Shown: positions 49,861 to 59,942 of the stretch, in pieces | How the letters are laid out: each line of letters begins with the position of its first letter | Position numbering within the stretch: position 1 is the stretch's first letter | The notes under the pieces: model-generated | Told to the model about the DNA's origin: nothing | Databases searched by the model: none | Seen by the model: only the letters and a program-made list of their open reading frames with translations | Program-made: the position numbers and the translations under genes | Assembly (NCBI GenBank): GCA_965219445.1 | Contig: CBDCNQ010000004.1 | Location: 288,001 to 352,000 of the forward strand | DNA from: Longimicrobiales bacterium | GTDB taxonomy: Bacteria; Gemmatimonadota; Gemmatimonadetes; Longimicrobiales; Gaopeijiaceae | DNA: 64,000 nucleotides | Reading direction: 5' to 3'

Positions 49861-52834
49861 ATGCGACCTTTAGGGTTCGGAACGACGGCTCTGGCGGCCA
49901 TGCTCCTGTCGGCCTTGCCCGCCGAAGGGCAAGTGATCACCGGCCGGATTTCGGATGCCCACAACGGGCGGGCGATCGCCGCAGTTCGGGTCTCCCTCTC
50001 TGGCTCGAGTTTGGGAGCACTCTCCGAGGGAAACGGAAAGTACCGGATCCAGAACGTGCCGGCCGGAACGCACACCGCGTCGGTCCAGCGACTCGGATAT
50101 CGGCCCGCATCCCAGGTCGTTGAGGTAGCGCAGGGTCAAGCGGTCGAGCTCGATTTCGAGCTCGAGTCCCAGGGCCTGTCGCTCGATGCCGTGGTCGTGA
50201 CCGGAACCGCCGGGGGCTCTCGGGCACGCGCCGTCGGCCACCTGGTCGAGCGTGTCGACGTGCCGGACCTTCTGAGTGAAGCCGCGGTCTCGACCGTAGA
50301 GGACGTGCTCACGGGAAGGATCCCCGGCGTGATGATGATTGGCTCTCCCAACAGCGCCGGCGACGGCGCCCAGATCCGGATCCGTGGCAGTGCGAGCATG
50401 AGTCTTCTGGGAGATCCCATCTTCTATGTGGACGGCGTTCGAATGATCAGCGACCGGGGCTTCGTCCAGCGGTATTCTGCCACGTCACGGCTCAATGACA
50501 TCGATCTGAGGGATATCGAGAGCATCGAGGTCATCAAGGGTCCTGCCGCTGCCACCCTCTACGGGACCGAAGCCTCAAATGGCGTGATTCAGATCGTCAC
50601 CAAGCGGGGGGAAGTGGGTGCGCCGGTCTTCGACTTTACCGCCGAGACCGGGACGATGTGGCTGCCGGAGCGCTACATCACGAATGGGTGGATTCCCGAT
50701 CCTGCGCTCTGCCCGTCCATACCCTGCGCCAGCGTTGATCAACCGGTCAAGGTCAATCTCATCGAGATCAACAAGGAACGTGGGTTCAGTGACGTCTTCA
50801 CGCATGGCCTCACCCAGAGATACAACGCCTCGGTTCGAGGGGGCACGGAGCTGCTACGGTACTCGGCTTCTCTGAGCCGAAGCGATCAGGACGGGGTCGT
50901 AGACTGGAACTGGGACGAGCGCTCTTCGGTCCGAGCATCAATCCAGGTGAATGCGACCGAGACCTTCAGCTTCACGCTGAACGGAGCCTACTCCGAGTCA
51001 GAGCGGGGGCCTCCGCAGAACTTCTGGGGTGCGAATTTCGCCTGGGGAGGGCAGCCGAACACCATTTTCAATGACCATCCCAACAGAGGATTCCGAACTC
51101 CGCCCGAGGCGCTCGATCCCTCCGTACATAGTGAAATCTTCACTACCAAGCGGACCACTTGGAGTCTGGAACTGAACCACGAAGCCACCAATTGGCTTTC
51201 GTATCGTCTCGTCGCCGGCATCGACGAAATAGACGAAAGGTTCGACGGGTTGGACATCTCTGGAACCTTTTTTGTGCCCGACGCGAGGGAGGAGGAGATG
51301 GAGGTGCGAAAGCGGCAATTGCCAGTAGCGACGTTGGATTTCTCGGGAACCGCGTCGTTCCGCTTCGGCGATGGCTCGTTGGGCTCGGCGAGTTCCTACG
51401 GGGTCCAATACTATCACAGAAGGGACCTATCATCCCAGGTCACTAGCGAGACCCTCACGGCAAGCGCGCCCTCAACGGTAGGGGCGACGATAACAACTGC
51501 GGATAGGTTGCTCTGGGAGAACACGACTCTCGGCGCGTACATCCAGCAGGAGTTCGATTGGGAAAATCGGATCTTCCTTACCGGTGCCATCCGGAGGGAC
51601 GACAACAGTGCCTTTGGAGCGAAGTTCGATAACGCGTTCTATCCCAAAGTCATGACTACCTGGGTGGTGCACGAGGAGGACTTCTGGAACATCGACTGGG
51701 TGAGCCAGCTCCGGCTGAGGGGCGCGTGGGGCGCCTCTGGGCAACAGCCAGACGTGTTCGCGGCGTCGCGCCTCTCCACACGGGGGACGGACACCAACCG
51801 GCGGCCGATTCTGACACCCTCTTCGATCGGGAACCCCGACCTTGGTCCGGAGAGAAGTGAGGAGCTCGAGCTCGGCTTCGACGCTGAGCTGTGGGATGGG
51901 AAGGTCTCCGCAAACTTCACGTGGTTCAGCCGCTCGACGAAAGACGCGATCCTCGCGAGAATTGACGCCTCGTCGGTCGGGATGGGCGGGGTCCGGCCGG
52001 TGAACATCGGAGAAGTGAAGGCTTGGGGCGCCGAGACCAGCCTGAGGGTGAGGGCTCTGGACAGGGAGCCCGTGCAGTGGGACATGGCCATCGCCTTCAC
52101 GACGCTCGGCAATAGGATCGTCGAGATGGGTGAGACCGAGAGGGTTCCGATCGGCCGGAGCAGGGCCCACTACCAGGGATTTCCGATCGCCGCCGTGGCC
52201 GAGAGGCGGATCCTTTCCGCAGAGTTCGTAAACGGCGTAAACGGCCAGATCACGAACATCCTGTGTGACGGCGGAACCGGGAGGAAGGGTCTCGAGCTCG
52301 GTGGCGCCCCGGTGCCCTGTGACAACGCACCGCTACTGGTTTGGGGTCCCATCGGAACCGTCCTGGCTCGTGAACCTGACGTCGACCTGGACGCTGTTCG
52401 ACGATTGGCGGCTGACGGCCAACATCGACGCCCAAGGCGGCCACTGGATGAGTTCCGACTACCTCGCCGCCAGGCACACCAACTTCCATACCTCCCGACT
52501 CACGCACCTTCAGGACAACGCCGTCGGTCAGGCCTACCGCCAGGAAACCCGGAACGGGCTCGCCTACCACAGGGCCGGCTTCGCCAAGCTACGCGAGCTT
52601 ACGTTGGCCTACACGCTCCCCGATGCGGTCACGGACAGGATCGGTGCCACGCGCGCGAATGTGACCCTCGGAGTGCGCAACCTGGCGAGGCTGTGGCTTG
52701 CACAGAAGTTCGTGGAGCGCGAGCGGATCACGGACCCCGAAATGAGCCGACCTGATAACCAATTCGCCGGTGAGTCCGGAGGAGACTGGCCTCCCCTGAG
52801 CTTCTGGTCCCTTCGGATGAACATCACGTTCTAG
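49861..52834 (+). CDS. SusC/RagA-like TonB-dependent receptor (frameshift near 52350)
   Basis: DIESIEVIKGPAAATLYG.ASNGVIQI.TK; C-terminal part in ORF 52265..52834 ending in F. Confidence 0.9.
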
Positions 52835-52865
52835 ACCCAGCCTCTCGAGGTTTCGGCGATTCTCG

Positions 52866-52920
52866 TTGCATCCCACCGATTTCCAGTCTATAATGGCACT
52901 AGCCCGAACAAAAACCGAAC
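52866..52920 (+). promoter_or_regulatory. sigma70 promoter plus putative LexA box
   Basis: TTGCAT-17-TATAAT (52866-52894); GAAC-N7-GAAC (52906-52920). Confidence 0.7.
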
Positions 52921-52946
52921 ATCGGCCTACACTTCGATCGAATACC

Positions 52947-55900
52947 GTGCTCACGCCTCCCTACATCGAGCTCCACTGTCACTCCGGCTTCTCCTTCCTG
53001 GATGGGGCCTCTCATCCGGAAGAGTTGGTCTTTCGGGCCCTCGAGTTGGGCTATCCCGCCATGGCGCTCACGGATCACAACGGCCTGTACGGGTCCATGG
53101 AATTCGCCCAAGCGGCCCGCGCCGAAGGACTTCAGCCCATCACCGGTGCCGAGGTCACGGTGGCTCTGGACATTCCGGGGATCCCCGAGGGCTTGGACGG
53201 ACTGGGCGGAGACCCCGACGGCGACTCGCTGGCTCGGGGCTGCCACATGACCCTTCTGGCCGAAACTCCGGCCGGTTACGCCAACCTCTGCCGGCTCCTG
53301 AGTGAGGCGCACCTCCAGAGTGAACGCGGACGGCCCACCCTTCGCCTCTCGTCCCTCCTCGCACGCACGGAGGGGCTCATCGCCCTCACCGGGTGCCGGC
53401 GAGGCCCGTTGTCGAGGGCGCTGGAAGACAGCATGGCCACGGCCGAGCTCCTGGCCCGGCGCCTGCACGCTGCCTTCGGCCCCCGAGGCCTTTTCGTCGA
53501 GCTTCAGGACAATGAGCAGAAGGGCGACGGCTACAGAAACCGCAACCTCGGTCGACTCGCCGACCGGCTCGGAATTCCCGTGGTGGCCACGGGAAACGTC
53601 CACTATCACCGCCCCGAGCGGCATCGGCTTCAAGACGTCTTGGTGGCCATCCGGAATCGGACCACGCTGAACGGCTCGCACGAGCAACGCCGTGCCAACG
53701 CACGATTTTACCTGGCTGCGCCCGAGGAAATGGCCCATCGCTTCCGGAGCCGCCCGGACGCCCTCGCTCACACTCTGGAGATCGCCGAGCGTTGCGCCGC
53801 CTTCGACTTGACCAAAGACCTGGGCTACACGTTTCCGGACTTCGAGGGGAGCGACCGGGGTGGAGCGATCGAAAATCTGGCCGCCGTCTGCCTCGCCAGA
53901 CTGGACGAGCGCTACCGGGGCTCCAAGCTGGAGGCCGAAGCCCGTGAGCGGCTCCACCAGGAACTCGTGCTGGTGGACCGACACGGCCTCGGGGGGTTTT
54001 TCCTGGTCTACCGAGACATCATGGAGTTGGCCCGGGATGTGGCCGCCGAGATCCGGAGCGGCGCCCCCAGGGCCCACGCTGGCCTGCCTCCGGGGCGTGG
54101 GCGAGGCTCCTCGGTATCGTCGATCATCTGCTACCTGATCGGCCTCTCCCACGTCGATCCCATCAAAACGAACCTCTTCCTGGGCCGCTTCCTAAACGAC
54201 GCCATGCGAAGCGTCCCGGACATCGACCTCGACTTCCCGCGCGACATCCGGGAACAGTTGATCCTCCGGGTCTACGAGCGATACGGAGGCGAGCACACGG
54301 GGCTCGTGTGCACGTTTCCCACGTACCGTCTGAAATCGACGCTCCGTGAAATCGGGAAGGCCCTCGATCTTCCGATGGGAGATCTGGAGAAGCTCTCCAA
54401 GCTGGCGGAGCGGCGCTCGGGCGGAGGCCTGCTCGCTGAGCTCGAGCGTCTGCCCGAGTTCGGTGAGAAGGCCGGCTCACCGCTGTGGCAAGCGCTTTGC
54501 GAGCTGGCCGACGACATCCGGGGCCTTCCCCGCCACATCTCCCAGCACGTGGGCGGCATGATCATCTCGAGCCGTCCCCTGGTGGAGATCGTGCCTCTGG
54601 AGCCCGCCGCCTGGGAGGGTCGGGTGCTGTGTCAGTGGGATAAGGACTCCTGCGACGACGCGGGGTTCATCAAGATCGACTTTCTCGCGCTGGGCATGCT
54701 CTCCCTCGTCGAAGAGGCCGTGGACCTGATCTCGGAGCGACACGGCCGCGCGCCGGACCTCTCCCGCATCGACTTTGCCGACGAGACGCTTTACGAGCAC
54801 ATCTGCACGGGCGACACGATCGGCATGTTCCAAGTGGAGAGCCGGGCCCAGATCCAGATGATCCGCCGTGTGCAGCCTCGCAATCTGGAGGATCTGGCCA
54901 TCCAGGTGGCCATCGTCCGGCCCGGCCCCATCGTGGGGGGCGCGGTCAACCCATACGTGCGCCGGCGCGAGCTCCTCCGCGAGGATCCGAGCTTTCGGGT
55001 CCCGTACGACCATCCTCTTCTGGAGGAGGCCCTGGGAGAGACGCTGGGCGTCATCATCTTCCAGGATCAGGTGCTCCAGGTATGCCAGGCCCTCGCAGGA
55101 TTCTCGGACGGCCAGGCAGAGAGCCTCCGGCGCTCCATGAGCCGAAAGCGCTCCAAGGAGGCCATGGACGCCCACTGGGAGGCCTTCCGCGACGGCTCAC
55201 ATGAACGGGGCGTCGACGAGACCATCGCTCAAAAGGTCTTTCAGCAAGTGACCGCCTTCAGCGAGTTCGGATTTCCCAAGTCCCATGCAGCCGCCTTCGG
55301 CCTGCTGGCCTACCAATCCGCCTGGCTTCGCTACTACCACGGCACGGAGTACTACGTGGCGCTCTTCAACAACCAACCCATGGGCTTCTACTCCCTGGAC
55401 GCCCTGGGCCGCGACGCCCGCCGTCACGGTATCGGCATCCGCCTGCCCGACGTCAACCACAGCCGGGTGAAGTGCACGCCCGAGGACTCCGACCTCCGGA
55501 TCGGCCTGGGGTTCGTCCGGGGCTGGGGAGCCGACATTGCCGAGTGCGTGGTGGAGGAGCGAGAGCGGCATGGGCCGTTCGTCTCCCTCTCCGACTTCCT
55601 CCGCAGAACGCCCGGGTCCCTGAAGAGGCCCGCGATCGAGAACCTGATCTGGGTCGGTGGATTCGAGAGCTTCGGCCTCACGAGGAGGGAGCTGCTGTGG
55701 CAGGCCGGGCTCTGGCTGGGCCCCGAAGACGATTCGGGGCTGAGCGGCGGCCGGGACGACCATCCCCAGACCGAGCTCGGCTTGGAGGACCCGTACGAGC
55801 GGATCGAATTCCCCGACCTCGACGATTCGGAGCGGATGGTGGCGGAGTACCGCATGCTCCGCTTCTCCACGAACCTCCATCCCCTCTCCCTACTTCGGGA

Positions 55901-56342
55901 TGAACTCCCCGCTGAAACCGTGACCGGAGATCGTTTTTCGGACCTTCCCAATCACTCCACTGTGACGGTGGCCGGCATTGTCGTGGCCCGCCAACGCCCC
56001 TCGACTGCAAACGGCTATGTGTTTGTACTGATGGAAGATGAGTCCGGCCCTATAAACGTGATTGTGAAGCCAAAGATCTACGAAAAGTGCCGGACCACAG
56101 TGCGTATGGAGCCATTCCTCGTGGTGCGTGGACGCCTTCAAAAGGATGGGCTGACCACGAATGTGATCGCCCATACCGTGAAGGCCGTTCGGGTTCAGGA
56201 GGCGGAACAGCCGGAGGCTCTCCACCCTGCCCTGCCGGGCACCCTGGAGTACTGGGCCGAGCCGGAGCGGAGCCCCCGCGCTCCCTTTCGTTATCTGACG
56301 GCGCTCAGGCAGTCTCCGCCGGGCATCAAGAACTTCGGGTGA
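52947..56342 (+). CDS. dnaE2: Error-prone DNA polymerase III alpha-like subunit
   Basis: ELHCHSGFSFLDGASHPEEL, PDIDLD, QVESRAQ, GFPKSHA, NNQPMGFY, C-terminal OB fold. Confidence 0.92.
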   Translation: MLTPPYIELHCHSGFSFLDGASHPEELVFRALELGYPAMALTDHNGLYGSMEFAQAARAEGLQPITGAEVTVALDIPGIPEGLDGLGGDPDGDSLARGCHMTLLAETPAGYANLCRLLSEAHLQSERGRPTLRLSSLLARTEGLIALTGCRRGPLSRALEDSMATAELLARRLHAAFGPRGLFVELQDNEQKGDGYRNRNLGRLADRLGIPVVATGNVHYHRPERHRLQDVLVAIRNRTTLNGSHEQRRANARFYLAAPEEMAHRFRSRPDALAHTLEIAERCAAFDLTKDLGYTFPDFEGSDRGGAIENLAAVCLARLDERYRGSKLEAEARERLHQELVLVDRHGLGGFFLVYRDIMELARDVAAEIRSGAPRAHAGLPPGRGRGSSVSSIICYLIGLSHVDPIKTNLFLGRFLNDAMRSVPDIDLDFPRDIREQLILRVYERYGGEHTGLVCTFPTYRLKSTLREIGKALDLPMGDLEKLSKLAERRSGGGLLAELERLPEFGEKAGSPLWQALCELADDIRGLPRHISQHVGGMIISSRPLVEIVPLEPAAWEGRVLCQWDKDSCDDAGFIKIDFLALGMLSLVEEAVDLISERHGRAPDLSRIDFADETLYEHICTGDTIGMFQVESRAQIQMIRRVQPRNLEDLAIQVAIVRPGPIVGGAVNPYVRRRELLREDPSFRVPYDHPLLEEALGETLGVIIFQDQVLQVCQALAGFSDGQAESLRRSMSRKRSKEAMDAHWEAFRDGSHERGVDETIAQKVFQQVTAFSEFGFPKSHAAAFGLLAYQSAWLRYYHGTEYYVALFNNQPMGFYSLDALGRDARRHGIGIRLPDVNHSRVKCTPEDSDLRIGLGFVRGWGADIAECVVEERERHGPFVSLSDFLRRTPGSLKRPAIENLIWVGGFESFGLTRRELLWQAGLWLGPEDDSGLSGGRDDHPQTELGLEDPYERIEFPDLDDSERMVAEYRMLRFSTNLHPLSLLRDELPAETVTGDRFSDLPNHSTVTVAGIVVARQRPSTANGYVFVLMEDESGPINVIVKPKIYEKCRTTVRMEPFLVVRGRLQKDGLTTNVIAHTVKAVRVQEAEQPEALHPALPGTLEYWAEPERSPRAPFRYLTALRQSPPGIKNFG

Positions 56343-56429
56343 GGGGTGCGGCCGGCTAGCCATTCGCGTACGCGAGGATATTGACCCAACGCAGCCGATG
56401 TCAGATATTCTGATTATCAGGAGGTCTGC

Positions 56430-56729
56430 ATGCCGGTTAAGGAAGCAGGACGTGTCGGAAAAAGGGGCACGCTCGTCATTCCCGCGAAGCTTCGCAGGAT
56501 CTTCGGGCTTGAGGAGGGATCCGAACTCATTGCCGAGGAGACCCCGGAGGGGATTCTCCTCAGACCTGCGGTGACGGTTCCGCTCGAGCTCTACGGTCCC
56601 GAGCGGAAGGCCGAGTTCATTCTGTCGAACTCGGTCGACGCCCCGGACTACGCCCGAGCCGTTGAGGAGGTTTGCGCTATGGGCCTGGACCCCAAGGACA
56701 TTCCCCATCGCCGCCCCGACGACACGTAG
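56430..56729 (+). CDS. AbrB/MazE-family antitoxin
   Basis: VGKRGTLVIPAKLR..FGL..G...GILLRP. Confidence 0.9.
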   Translation: MPVKEAGRVGKRGTLVIPAKLRRIFGLEEGSELIAEETPEGILLRPAVTVPLELYGPERKAEFILSNSVDAPDYARAVEEVCAMGLDPKDIPHRRPDDT

Positions 56730-56732
56730 TCG

Positions 56733-57131
56733 GTGGATCGGCTCTTCCTCGACGCCAACGTCTTGTTCTCTTCAGCCTATCGAGAGGACCCCGGCGTTCA
56801 GCGGCTTTGGGCCCTGCGGAACGTGACCCTGGTGACCTCTGAGTACGCAGTAAACGAAGCGCGGAGGAATCTCGCCGGGACCGAGCAACTCAACCGGCTC
56901 GACAGACTTCTGGGCCCCATGGAGGTCGGGCCATCACGAACTCTCGACCCTGTCCTTCGAGGTGAGATCGAGCTTCGGGACAAGGACTGGCCGATCTTGG
57001 GTGGAGCCGTCGCGGCTGAGGCCACGCATTTGATCACCGGAGACCTGAGGGACTTCGGACCGTTCATGGGCCAGGTGGTCCTCGGCGTGCTCATCCTCAC
57101 CCCGGCACAATACCTCAAATCCGTGCCATAG
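56733..57131 (+). CDS. PIN-domain toxin
   Basis: FLDANVL, E, DKD.PI, LITGD. Confidence 0.88.
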   Translation: MDRLFLDANVLFSSAYREDPGVQRLWALRNVTLVTSEYAVNEARRNLAGTEQLNRLDRLLGPMEVGPSRTLDPVLRGEIELRDKDWPILGGAVAAEATHLITGDLRDFGPFMGQVVLGVLILTPAQYLKSVP

Positions 57132-57148
57132 ACTGACCAGTTGACCCC

Positions 57149-58309
57149 TCAACGAACCATGATCGTGCCCACCATGGCGGCTCCCTCGTGCGGGATGCAG
57201 AAGTACCGGTACTCCCCCGGCTCGGTGAACGTCCAGGTGAAGCTCCCCCCCGATCCGATATCGCCCGAGTCGAAAGCGCCGACGCCGGAGGGAAGTCGAA
57301 CGTTGTCCGCCTGCATGGCCCTGGACGGATCGGCTGTGACCGTGTGGACGACGGCCGAGGAGTTGCGCCAGCGCACGGCCTGACCCGCCGAAACGGTGAC
57401 CACGGCCGGCTGGTACGTGAGCTGGTTGCTCATAGCGACCTCGGCCGCCACGTCGCCGCTGGGACCCTGTTGAACGGTCCCCTCACGACCACCGAAGTAG
57501 CGCGACAGCGTGAACGGAATCGTGAACTCGAACCCGTAGCGGGTCTGGCCGTCGCCGAACGACGAGCCCTGGAGGCTAGCCGTACGGGCGTTCGTCACCT
57601 GGAGCGAGAGCGTATGGGGCGTAAAGGGCACCGCCAACTGGAGGGCTCCGCTCCACGCCACATCCAACTCTCCGTCGGGCACTCCAGCACCCGTCCCACC
57701 CGGTCCGACCTCACGGTCGGTGAGGGCGACCACGTCCCCAGCGAGGGCCACATTGTCCGAGACTCGGATCGTCGCTCCACCGCCGACGGCCCACTTCGAG
57801 TCGTCGAGCCCGTCGTCGAAGACATCCGACAAGAACCGCCCGACCGCCATGAGCCTGACGGGTCCGGCAGGAATGGCCACCGTCACCTCACCGTCCCCGC
57901 TGGAAGCCGCTTCGTTGAAGGCTCCCGTGATGGAAACGTCGACCGGGTGGCCCACCGTCGTCGATACTGGAGTCCAGCGGGCGAAGTACTCGTACTCGTT
58001 GAGCTCGCCCCCGTCCACGAGCGAATTGCTCGAGTAATCGACGCCCACGAGCGTTCGACCGGGCAGGGGAACGGCCAGGAAGAACGTCGGCGAGTTGAGG
58101 ATCTTGCTCTCAGTCGTCGTGTCCACCTTCCAGAAGCGGTGGAGGAAGTTGAAGTAGACGGTGCCCTCGATGCCGGTCCAGCCACCGGCGAGGCTGGCGG
58201 TTCGATCCAGGACGGACTGGGCGTGGGCGGGGTAGGGTGAGGGGAGGATGGCAGCGGCGGACAGGGACAGGAGCATCAGTGAGTGGCGGGTCCGACGAAA
58301 TTTGCGCAT
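57149..58309 (-). CDS. Beta-barrel-like protein with C-terminal plastocyanin/azurin domain
   Basis: Signal peptide; FNFLHRF; VHTVT and YFCIPH...M type-1 Cu ligands. Confidence 0.75.
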   Translation of the reverse strand: MRKFRRTRHSLMLLSLSAAAILPSPYPAHAQSVLDRTASLAGGWTGIEGTVYFNFLHRFWKVDTTTESKILNSPTFFLAVPLPGRTLVGVDYSSNSLVDGGELNEYEYFARWTPVSTTVGHPVDVSITGAFNEAASSGDGEVTVAIPAGPVRLMAVGRFLSDVFDDGLDDSKWAVGGGATIRVSDNVALAGDVVALTDREVGPGGTGAGVPDGELDVAWSGALQLAVPFTPHTLSLQVTNARTASLQGSSFGDGQTRYGFEFTIPFTLSRYFGGREGTVQQGPSGDVAAEVAMSNQLTYQPAVVTVSAGQAVRWRNSSAVVHTVTADPSRAMQADNVRLPSGVGAFDSGDIGSGGSFTWTFTEPGEYRYFCIPHEGAAMVGTIMVR

Positions 58310-58583
58310 GGGCCTTTCTCCTGCTTGGGTAGGTCGTAAGGGGGTCCGTCGGGCAAACGTGAGGGCAACCGAACGTAAAAAGACCGCACCTCCGACGGGC
58401 GCCGCAAACGTATTCGGTTCTTGGGTGGGTGGCTATGTCGGGCATGACCTGAATGCCCGTTTGGGCTCAGCGGTTCCCGCTTGCGCCTTGTCGTGACACC
58501 GCCATAGCCCTTGGAAGCCGCGTTCCGCCAGCCAGCACGGGATTCCATGTCCAACCAAACCGATTATAGGTAGCCCAGCTGCT

Positions 58584-59942
58584 CTACGGACCCGTTATTA
58601 GCCCAGCCTGATTGGACAGGGGTCCGAACTGCGCATCCACACCGAGCGTGCCCCTGAAGGGTCTCACCTCGAAAAAATAGAACGTTGCCGCTTGTAGCCC
58701 ACCCGCCGTGCAAGCGAGCACTTGGCCTATTATCGCTCCAGCGACCGGGGCACCACATCCTCCGCTGGTGATATCGGTCCAGGCCAGGGTTGTGCTGGGA
58801 CGGAACCGGACGGTATAGCTCGAGGGACTCCCAAAGCCGTCGTCCACCTCGGTCCAGTTCAACGTGAGCGTCGTGCTGGTTGCTGTGACGGCGGTGAGAT
58901 CGATCACCTGGCCAGGGAACGGAATCGCGTCTACCGCTAGGTCTGTGCCGGATCTAGGGATCAATCGCCAACTTACCACGCCTCCAGCCGTTTGGCTGGG
59001 AACGAGCAGCCCAACGGCCTCAAGGATCGAGAACGAATCCGGGTGGACCTGGCCTAGATTGAATCCTCCGAGCTCTAGGAGAATCATGTCCAGCGGGCCG
59101 GAGCCATCGTCGACGGTCATGCGCAAGTCACGACCGGTCGGACTCGTGACCGTTGCCGTGTCCACGATATCGGCATCACGGATTCGCACGAGCGCAGCGT
59201 CTCTGAGCCCGCCGGCGGCGGTCGCAGCCGTTGCCGTGTTCAGCACCAGCGGCTGCGGAAGGACCACCTGTTGAGCCAAGAGGAAGGGCTCTCCTTCGCG
59301 GAAAATTGGCTGGCTGGCCTGCTGGGCTGCTCGCCCCAGGATCCTAACGCTGTCGCCCGGGAAGAGAGTCGATTGGGGGGTGCCGACCACTCTCAAGTAG
59401 GTCTCACCGGCCTGCAGGTGCAGGGATCCATCGCCAAAGGCACTGCCAGGGTTGAGCACGATTCCTTGGGTGAACCCCTTCGTCCCATCAGGGAGGCTCC
59501 GAGCCTCGGCAAGACTAAACGACGGGAAGGTCACGCCCATGATTACGCCCAAAGTATCGCCCGCTCGGAGGGTCAGCTCTGGGTCATCGAGGTCGAAGAC
59601 GGCAAGCGAATCTCCGAGGAAAGCGCCGTCCGCCTCGAGTCGGAGACGGCCTACGGGAACGTTGGCCAGGGCGAAGATTCCGTTGGCGTCTGTCGTAGCA
59701 CTGGCAGCCAGGCTCCGCGTTCCCGCCACGAAGAGATGAATATCCAGTCCCTTTACCGGATCATCGGAAGCGTCTTGGACTTCGTTTCCGTTGTGATCCA
59801 GGTACGCGAATCCGGTGATGGCACCCTCCGACTCTACGAGCAGTATGCGACCCGCGAGATCGGCATCGGTGCAGGATGAGACAACGAGCGCCAGTGCAAG
59901 AAGCGCCGCCGCGAGACTCAGCGTCCTCGTCCACCTCTTCAT
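58584..59942 (-). CDS. Surface lipoprotein (SdrD-B-like, OB-like and FN3 domains)
   Basis: VSSC lipobox; YLDHNGNE..D; FN3-like LNWT...Y.FEV. Confidence 0.7.
   Translation of the reverse strand: MKRWTRTLSLAAALLALALVVSSCTDADLAGRILLVESEGAITGFAYLDHNGNEVQDASDDPVKGLDIHLFVAGTRSLAASATTDANGIFALANVPVGRLRLEADGAFLGDSLAVFDLDDPELTLRAGDTLGVIMGVTFPSFSLAEARSLPDGTKGFTQGIVLNPGSAFGDGSLHLQAGETYLRVVGTPQSTLFPGDSVRILGRAAQQASQPIFREGEPFLLAQQVVLPQPLVLNTATAATAAGGLRDAALVRIRDADIVDTATVTSPTGRDLRMTVDDGSGPLDMILLELGGFNLGQVHPDSFSILEAVGLLVPSQTAGGVVSWRLIPRSGTDLAVDAIPFPGQVIDLTAVTATSTTLTLNWTEVDDGFGSPSSYTVRFRPSTTLAWTDITSGGCGAPVAGAIIGQVLACTAGGLQAATFYFFEVRPFRGTLGVDAQFGPLSNQAGLITGP

Noticed and set aside
58345..58400. GGGCAAAC...GCAA...ACGTAAAA resembling a c-di-GMP-I riboswitch
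   Set aside because: Poor match to the GACGCAAA segment and on the wrong strand for the downstream gene
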